From NCBI GenBank assembly GCA_964558755.1, contig CAZLFF010000009.1, forward strand, positions 1-62,292: 62,292 nt of DNA, read 5' to 3'. Within the stretch, counting starts at the first letter, position 1. Each line of letters begins with the position of its first letter. Under the pieces are notes generated by a model. That model was not told the DNA's origin. It saw nothing but the letters and a program-made list of their open reading frames with translations, and did no database searches. The position numbers were made by a program, and so were the translations under genes. Of the stretch, positions 57,344-62,292 are shown piece after piece. This DNA is from an uncultured Pirellulaceae bacterium (GTDB taxonomy: Bacteria; Planctomycetota; Planctomycetia; Pirellulales; Pirellulaceae).

Positions 57344-59434
57344 ATGCTTAAGACTATGCCACACACGCACCTCGATCTCCAGTTTACGCATACCTTGCCT
57401 TACGGCGCCGTGATTCGCGACGGCGGCGTCCAGTTCGTCGTCTTCAGCCGCAGCGCGACTGAGATGCGTCTGTTGCTGTACAATGAGGTCGAGGATCGTG
57501 ATCCCGTTGAGGTCATTAACTTCGATCCGAAAACCCATCGCTGGGGCGACATCTGGAGCGTTTTCGTCCCCGGTGTTGACGCGGGGCAGCTGTACCATTT
57601 TCAGGCCTGCGGCCCGAACGACCCCAATCGCGGTTTGCGTTTCGACTCGAACGCCCGCCTGATTGACCCGTACGCGAAGGCCTTGGCCGGCGAGTTCCAA
57701 GATTCCTCCGATGGTACGATCCGCCCGCCCAAGTGTGTGGTCGTTGATGACTACTTCGATTGGGCCGGCGACCGGCACCTGAACCGTGACCTGTCCGAGA
57801 GCATCATCTACGAGATGCACGTCAAAGGTTTTACCAAACACGATTCAAGCGGCGTCGAGTACCCGGGGACCTACCTAGGTGTAATCGACAAGATCCCTTA
57901 CCTGCAATCGCTTGGTGTGACGGCGGTCGAACTGATGCCGGTCCACGAGTTTCCCATCCGCGATATCGCTGGCAAGGTGCTTGAGCGCCCAAACTATTGG
58001 GGCTATGACCCGCTGGCGTTCTTCGCGCCGCACCGAGGTTATTCGGCCAGTGGTCGGCCGGGCGAACAAGTGGTCGAGTTCAAGCAGATGGTCAAGGCGT
58101 TACACGAGGCCGGTATCGAGGTCATTTTGGACGTCGTCTTCAACCACACCAGCGAAGGAAATGAGAACGGACCAACACTCAGCTTTAAAGGACTCGAGAA
58201 CTCAGTCTATTACATGCTCGAGAACGACCAGCGTTACTACAAAAACTATTCAGGCTGCGGTAACACGGTAAACGGTAATCATCCGATTGTTCGCGAGATG
58301 ATCTTTCACTGCCTGCGACACTGGGTCCACAACTATCACGTTGACGGTTTCCGCTTCGATCTGGCGTCGATTCTCAGCCGCGATCGTAACGGGCATCTCG
58401 TGCCCAACCCACCGCTGGTCGAAGCGATTGGCGAAGACCCGCTGCTGGCCGACACGAAAATTATTGCCGAAGCCTGGGACGCCGCCGGTGCGTATCAGGT
58501 GGGCTCGTTCGGTGACGACCGCTGGGCCGAGTGGAACGGTCGCTACCGGGACGACGTTAGAAAATACTGGCGTGGCGACGGAGGCATGCGTGGTGCGTTG
58601 GCGACACGGTTGTCAGGTTCGGCCGACTTGTATCAGCCGGGCGGACGTCCACCGTGGAGCAGCATTAACTTTATCACCTCGCACGACGGTTTTACGCTGA
58701 ACGATCTGGTCAGTTACCGCGACAAGCATAACCTTGCCAACGGCGAGGACAATCGCGACGGAGACAACCACAATATCAGTGACAACTTAGGTGTCGAAGG
58801 ACCGTCGGACTCGCCGGTGATCGAGCAGCTCCGTTTGCGTCAGATCAAGAACATGCTGGCCACATTGTTGCTCAGCCAGGGCGTGCCGATGATCGTCGCG
58901 GGCGATGAGTTCCGTCGCACGCAGAAGGGCAACAACAACGCGTACTGCCAAGACAATGAGATCAGCTGGCTAGACTGGGATTTGGTGAAGGAGAATTCCG
59001 AGCTGATTCGATTCTGTCGCTGCCTGATCGACTTTCGTCGCAACCAACCGGCGGTCCGACGTCAGCAGTTTCTCAGTGGCGTCAGTGACAAAGACGGCTG
59101 GTCAGATGTCAGCTGGTACAGCCCACTGGGCACCGCGATCGACTGGCACCATGGCGGCCACGCGATCATGTGCCTGTTGTCGGCACCGTGCGAGCAAGAG
59201 GACCCTGCCGGTGCGGGACGTGACGTGCTGTTGATGATTAACTCGGGCGGCGAGGGTGCTCGGTTTATGCTTCCGGCGATTGCTAAGTCGAGGAATTGGC
59301 GTCGGTTTGCCGACACGTCACTTGAGGCTCCCAACGACATCCACCCGCGACTCGACGAAGGTCCGTTGCTAGGAAGCAAAGGCTCGCACACGGTGCCGTA
59401 CAAGTCGTTGGCCGTGTTTGTGGCCGACCGATAG
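57344..59434 (+). CDS. glgX: Glycogen debranching enzyme (GH13 isoamylase type)
   Basis: [52 protein letters not shown]. Confidence 0.95.
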   Translation: MLKTMPHTHLDLQFTHTLPYGAVIRDGGVQFVVFSRSATEMRLLLYNEVEDRDPVEVINFDPKTHRWGDIWSVFVPGVDAGQLYHFQACGPNDPNRGLRFDSNARLIDPYAKALAGEFQDSSDGTIRPPKCVVVDDYFDWAGDRHLNRDLSESIIYEMHVKGFTKHDSSGVEYPGTYLGVIDKIPYLQSLGVTAVELMPVHEFPIRDIAGKVLERPNYWGYDPLAFFAPHRGYSASGRPGEQVVEFKQMVKALHEAGIEVILDVVFNHTSEGNENGPTLSFKGLENSVYYMLENDQRYYKNYSGCGNTVNGNHPIVREMIFHCLRHWVHNYHVDGFRFDLASILSRDRNGHLVPNPPLVEAIGEDPLLADTKIIAEAWDAAGAYQVGSFGDDRWAEWNGRYRDDVRKYWRGDGGMRGALATRLSGSADLYQPGGRPPWSSINFITSHDGFTLNDLVSYRDKHNLANGEDNRDGDNHNISDNLGVEGPSDSPVIEQLRLRQIKNMLATLLLSQGVPMIVAGDEFRRTQKGNNNAYCQDNEISWLDWDLVKENSELIRFCRCLIDFRRNQPAVRRQQFLSGVSDKDGWSDVSWYSPLGTAIDWHHGGHAIMCLLSAPCEQEDPAGAGRDVLLMINSGGEGARFMLPAIAKSRNWRRFADTSLEAPNDIHPRLDEGPLLGSKGSHTVPYKSLAVFVADR

Positions 59435-59481
59435 CCACTAGCGCGGACGCCTTCGAAAGCCAACTGCCGTTCCACGTAACG

Positions 59482-59757
59482 CTAGTCGTCCGCGGGCGGT
59501 ACGAACTGGGGCGATGTTGGAATTTCGTCCTGGTCATCTTCGCTGACGTCGAAGTCGTGCTCGATCTTGGGCAGATCATCCTGCACGGAGTTCATCTCTT
59601 GATCGAAGTTCGCCTTCAGATCGTCTAGACCTTTGCGAAACTGGGCGTACGTCTGGCCCAAGGACTTTGCGACCTCAGGCAGGCGGCCACCAAATAGCAT
59701 GACGGCGACTATGCCGATCACTACCATTTCAAGAGTGCCAATGCCGCCGGGTAACAT
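59482..59757 (-). CDS. tatA: Twin-arginine translocase TatA/TatB-family subunit
   Basis: GIGTLE...FGGRLPEVAKSLG...FRKG; acidic tail. Confidence 0.8.
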   Translation of the reverse strand: MLPGGIGTLEMVVIGIVAVMLFGGRLPEVAKSLGQTYAQFRKGLDDLKANFDQEMNSVQDDLPKIEHDFDVSEDDQDEIPTSPQFVPPADD

Positions 59758-59859
59758 GGGAATTGAACCGTAAAAAGAAGTGAAACGCTCGAGCCGACGT
59801 GAGAGCCCCGGTCGTGGGCTAAGCTAGGTGAGAACATCACGGACCGTTGGTGAAACCAA

Positions 59860-60102
59860 CTAGCCAACCGGTTGCTCATCGTTTTTCTTGGCTGCTGACT
59901 GATCTTCGATCGCGTCCTCAGTCGGTTTCTCTTTCAGGCCCGATTTGAATTCGTTCACGCTACGACCCATGTTGCGCATCAGCGATGGCAGCTTCGCGCC
60001 ACCGAACAACAACAAAAAGACAGCCGCCACGATCAGCAATTCCGGCGTGCCGAGCCCCATAAAGCCGACCACCAAGAACTGTGATATCTCAAATTCGATC
60101 AT
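59860..60102 (-). CDS. tatA: Twin-arginine translocase TatA subunit
   Basis: GLGTPELL...LLFGGAKLPSLMRNMGRSVNEFKSG. Confidence 0.88.
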   Translation of the reverse strand: MIEFEISQFLVVGFMGLGTPELLIVAAVFLLLFGGAKLPSLMRNMGRSVNEFKSGLKEKPTEDAIEDQSAAKKNDEQPVG

Positions 60103-60265
60103 CAGATCACTCGAAGAAAATAACTCGTCAACACGTCGCCGAAGCTGAACCCAGCCGGCCGTTTACACGCCAAACGACGAGTCTCCATTGTAGATTCGGC
60201 CATATCAGTGTCAAACCCGCTGGCCAGCGATAGGTTCCGCCCTGTGGCCGATTGTGACGGTTCTG

Positions 60266-62292
60266 CTACCGCAATTGGATGACTTTATCGGTCGCTTTGC
60301 CAACCCGAGGCAAAGTCGTCGTACTGAATTCGTGGGTCGGCAGATAGCGGTAGTAGGCCTGCAGATTCAATGCCGCCATCGCCGTCGAGTACACTCGCCC
60401 GCCGTAGCCGCCCCACAATCCGTTTGGCCTCCAGCTGCCAGCGTCACTGCCTGACGTTTGTTGCAGTGACACCAACGTTGCTTTCAGCCGCGAGTTCCAT
60501 TGTTCCCATGCGTCGCCGCCCACATTTCGCAACGCCAGCGTTCCGTAGTACCAATAGTACAAGTTGACTTGATCGGGTGACGGACGCTCTTGGCTGATGC
60601 GGCGTGATGCCGCGCGCAGCCCATCGCTGGCGGGAACTTCATCGAGTAGGTAACGGCAGAACAATGCCTCGGCTGTCATTGCCGTGCTGGCTCCCTGTCC
60701 TGGTCGATACGAGGCCAATGCGTTGCCCGGCCCGCTTGAGCAACGACCAAGGAAGTACCTCATCCCTTGAAACGTCTTGGCAGGAACCACCGCCCCACCC
60801 AGCTTGGCACTTTGCAACGCCATCAGCACCCAACCGAATTGGCTCATGTCACCCCCGTCACCCGGCTGGTAGCGCCAACCACCGTCGTTACGGTTCTGCG
60901 CGGCAACGCAATAATCGACGCCTCGCTGCACCGACTGTAGCAGTCGCTGATCGCCCGTCATAGCGAGTGCCTCACTGAGCGCCAGCAGCGACATGCTGTG
61001 GCAGTACATCCGAGCGAACAGTTTCGCGTCGCCGGCGAGGTTGCCGTCCTTCGATTGTTGGCTAACGAGATACTCCAGCGCTCGTTGAACGTTCTGCTTG
61101 TAGTTGCCCTCAAAGTGCGAATGGCCGCCGGCTAGCAGCGAAAGCGTTGCCAACGCGGTGATGCCGGTGTCCGCCTGAGACCCCGCGCCGTTGCGGTCGT
61201 GGCCAAACGTTTCGGTTTCTTGCCCGCCGCCTGAGTCACGAGCGCTCCAACGCCCGTCCGATTTCTGCTGCGTCACCAACCAGCCATGGGCCGCATTAAC
61301 AGCACGCTCGGTCAGGACGGAGCCGCCGTATCGCTGGGCAACGGCCAAACGATTCTCGGTCGAGCGCAACGAGTAGCTTTGCGGAAGCGGTTGTCCGTCA
61401 CCCAATCGGCGTTGAGCCCGCACGACCTTGATTCGTCCAGATTCCGATCCGGTACTCGGCTGCCGCGCAAATTCCATGGCGCTACGGGGCGTGGCCAGCT
61501 GACTGGCGACCGGCTGACTGCCAGCGAATCGGACGGGCTGTGAGTTCGTTCGATCGAGAACCGTTTTCTGAAGCTCCACGTCCGTCAACTGGGGTGTCGA
61601 TCGATCGCGCTGCGTGAGTGATGGCGCGACGACCTCGCGGCGTGGAAGTTCGGCCGCGTTGATGTCTTCAAAATCAGGAAGATCGTCAGCGGCCGGGCTA
61701 TTGTTTTGCCCGCGTCGAGCGATCTCGATCGGCTGAACCTCCAGTGTGTCCGCAATCGGAGCGTCGGTTGTTCGTGGTGCGGTCTGGGCCGTCGGCGTGA
61801 CGTTCAGTTGACGTGCATCGGGTGCTTCCAACGCCAAAGCAGCCAAATCGCGCTGATTTGCAACGGGCTTTGAGCTGTCGAGACGTTTTGGCTCAACGAT
61901 CAATTCGGAATCGATCAACGCGCGGCCGAGTGGTTCCAACGACGGCGTCTCGATCGGTTGGTCAGCCAGTTGGTCCCAATCGTTTTTTTCACCTGCTTGA
62001 GATTCACGCTCTCGTTGGATCGCTTCTTCGATCAAGTTCACTTCGATTGACTCTTCGGCAATCGCGATCGGCTGATTGGGTGTTAGAATTACGTAGGTCG
62101 CGTACGCATAACCAAGCAGCAAAATATGCGCAACGAAGGACAGGATCACACACTTCCAAACGGGTCGCGAGTGGCCCCATCGCGTCAGCGCCAGCACTAA
62201 CAGTGAAATTGCCAGCACGCCCGATCCGACCAGCAGCAACACTTGCAGGTTCGCGGTCGAGAACCACGGCGTGATGAACAGCCAGACGCTGG
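60266..62292 (-). CDS. Membrane-anchored prenyltransferase/squalene-oxidase-repeat (terpene-cyclase-like) protein, 5' end outside the window
   Basis: QW-type motifs Q..DGRW, Q...DGGWRY, YYWYY, GGRVYSTA; two N-terminal hydrophobic helices; frame open to the window edge. Confidence 0.8.
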   Translation of the reverse strand, partial: SVWLFITPWFSTANLQVLLLVGSGVLAISLLVLALTRWGHSRPVWKCVILSFVAHILLLGYAYATYVILTPNQPIAIAEESIEVNLIEEAIQRERESQAGEKNDWDQLADQPIETPSLEPLGRALIDSELIVEPKRLDSSKPVANQRDLAALALEAPDARQLNVTPTAQTAPRTTDAPIADTLEVQPIEIARRGQNNSPAADDLPDFEDINAAELPRREVVAPSLTQRDRSTPQLTDVELQKTVLDRTNSQPVRFAGSQPVASQLATPRSAMEFARQPSTGSESGRIKVVRAQRRLGDGQPLPQSYSLRSTENRLAVAQRYGGSVLTERAVNAAHGWLVTQQKSDGRWSARDSGGGQETETFGHDRNGAGSQADTGITALATLSLLAGGHSHFEGNYKQNVQRALEYLVSQQSKDGNLAGDAKLFARMYCHSMSLLALSEALAMTGDQRLLQSVQRGVDYCVAAQNRNDGGWRYQPGDGGDMSQFGWVLMALQSAKLGGAVVPAKTFQGMRYFLGRCSSGPGNALASYRPGQGASTAMTAEALFCRYLLDEVPASDGLRAASRRISQERPSPDQVNLYYWYYGTLALRNVGGDAWEQWNSRLKATLVSLQQTSGSDAGSWRPNGLWGGYGGRVYSTAMAALNLQAYYRYLPTHEFSTTTLPRVGKATDKVIQLR

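Overview
A gene-dense bacterial chromosome window, most likely from a planctomycete (Pirellulaceae-like). The assignment rests on a DUF1559 prepilin, a PEP-CTERM protein, a double-length UvrA, DUF3467 and a CRTAC1/ASPIC-UnbV lipoprotein. Housekeeping genes include arsC-nadC, amtB, mqnB-mqnD, pncC, rsmG, ygiQ, uvrA, pgk, dsbD, purM, glgX and two tatA-family genes. The best novelty candidate is a CRTAC1/FG-GAP/ASPIC-UnbV lipoprotein gene (14951-17596, minus strand) interrupted by an in-frame TGA. Eleven nt after that TGA is a stem-loop with a GGUC loop matching the geometry of the E. coli fdhF SECIS, so this may be a selenoprotein with a U-x-C motif. Second is a ~14 kb hybrid NRPS/PKS cluster with no thioesterase (free condensation-like enzyme, PPTase, A-T-KS-AT-ACP-aminotransferase, C-A-T) that ends in two atypical alpha/beta-hydrolases resembling the exosortase-system pair. 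Also notable are a promoter- and terminator-bounded ~84-nt sRNA candidate, a Ser/Thr kinase with an FHA-cyclase carrying an acidic specificity residue, and a secreted Cys/Pro repeat protein. No rRNA, tRNA, CRISPR array or IS element was recognised. All calls come from reading motifs by eye; no searches were run.
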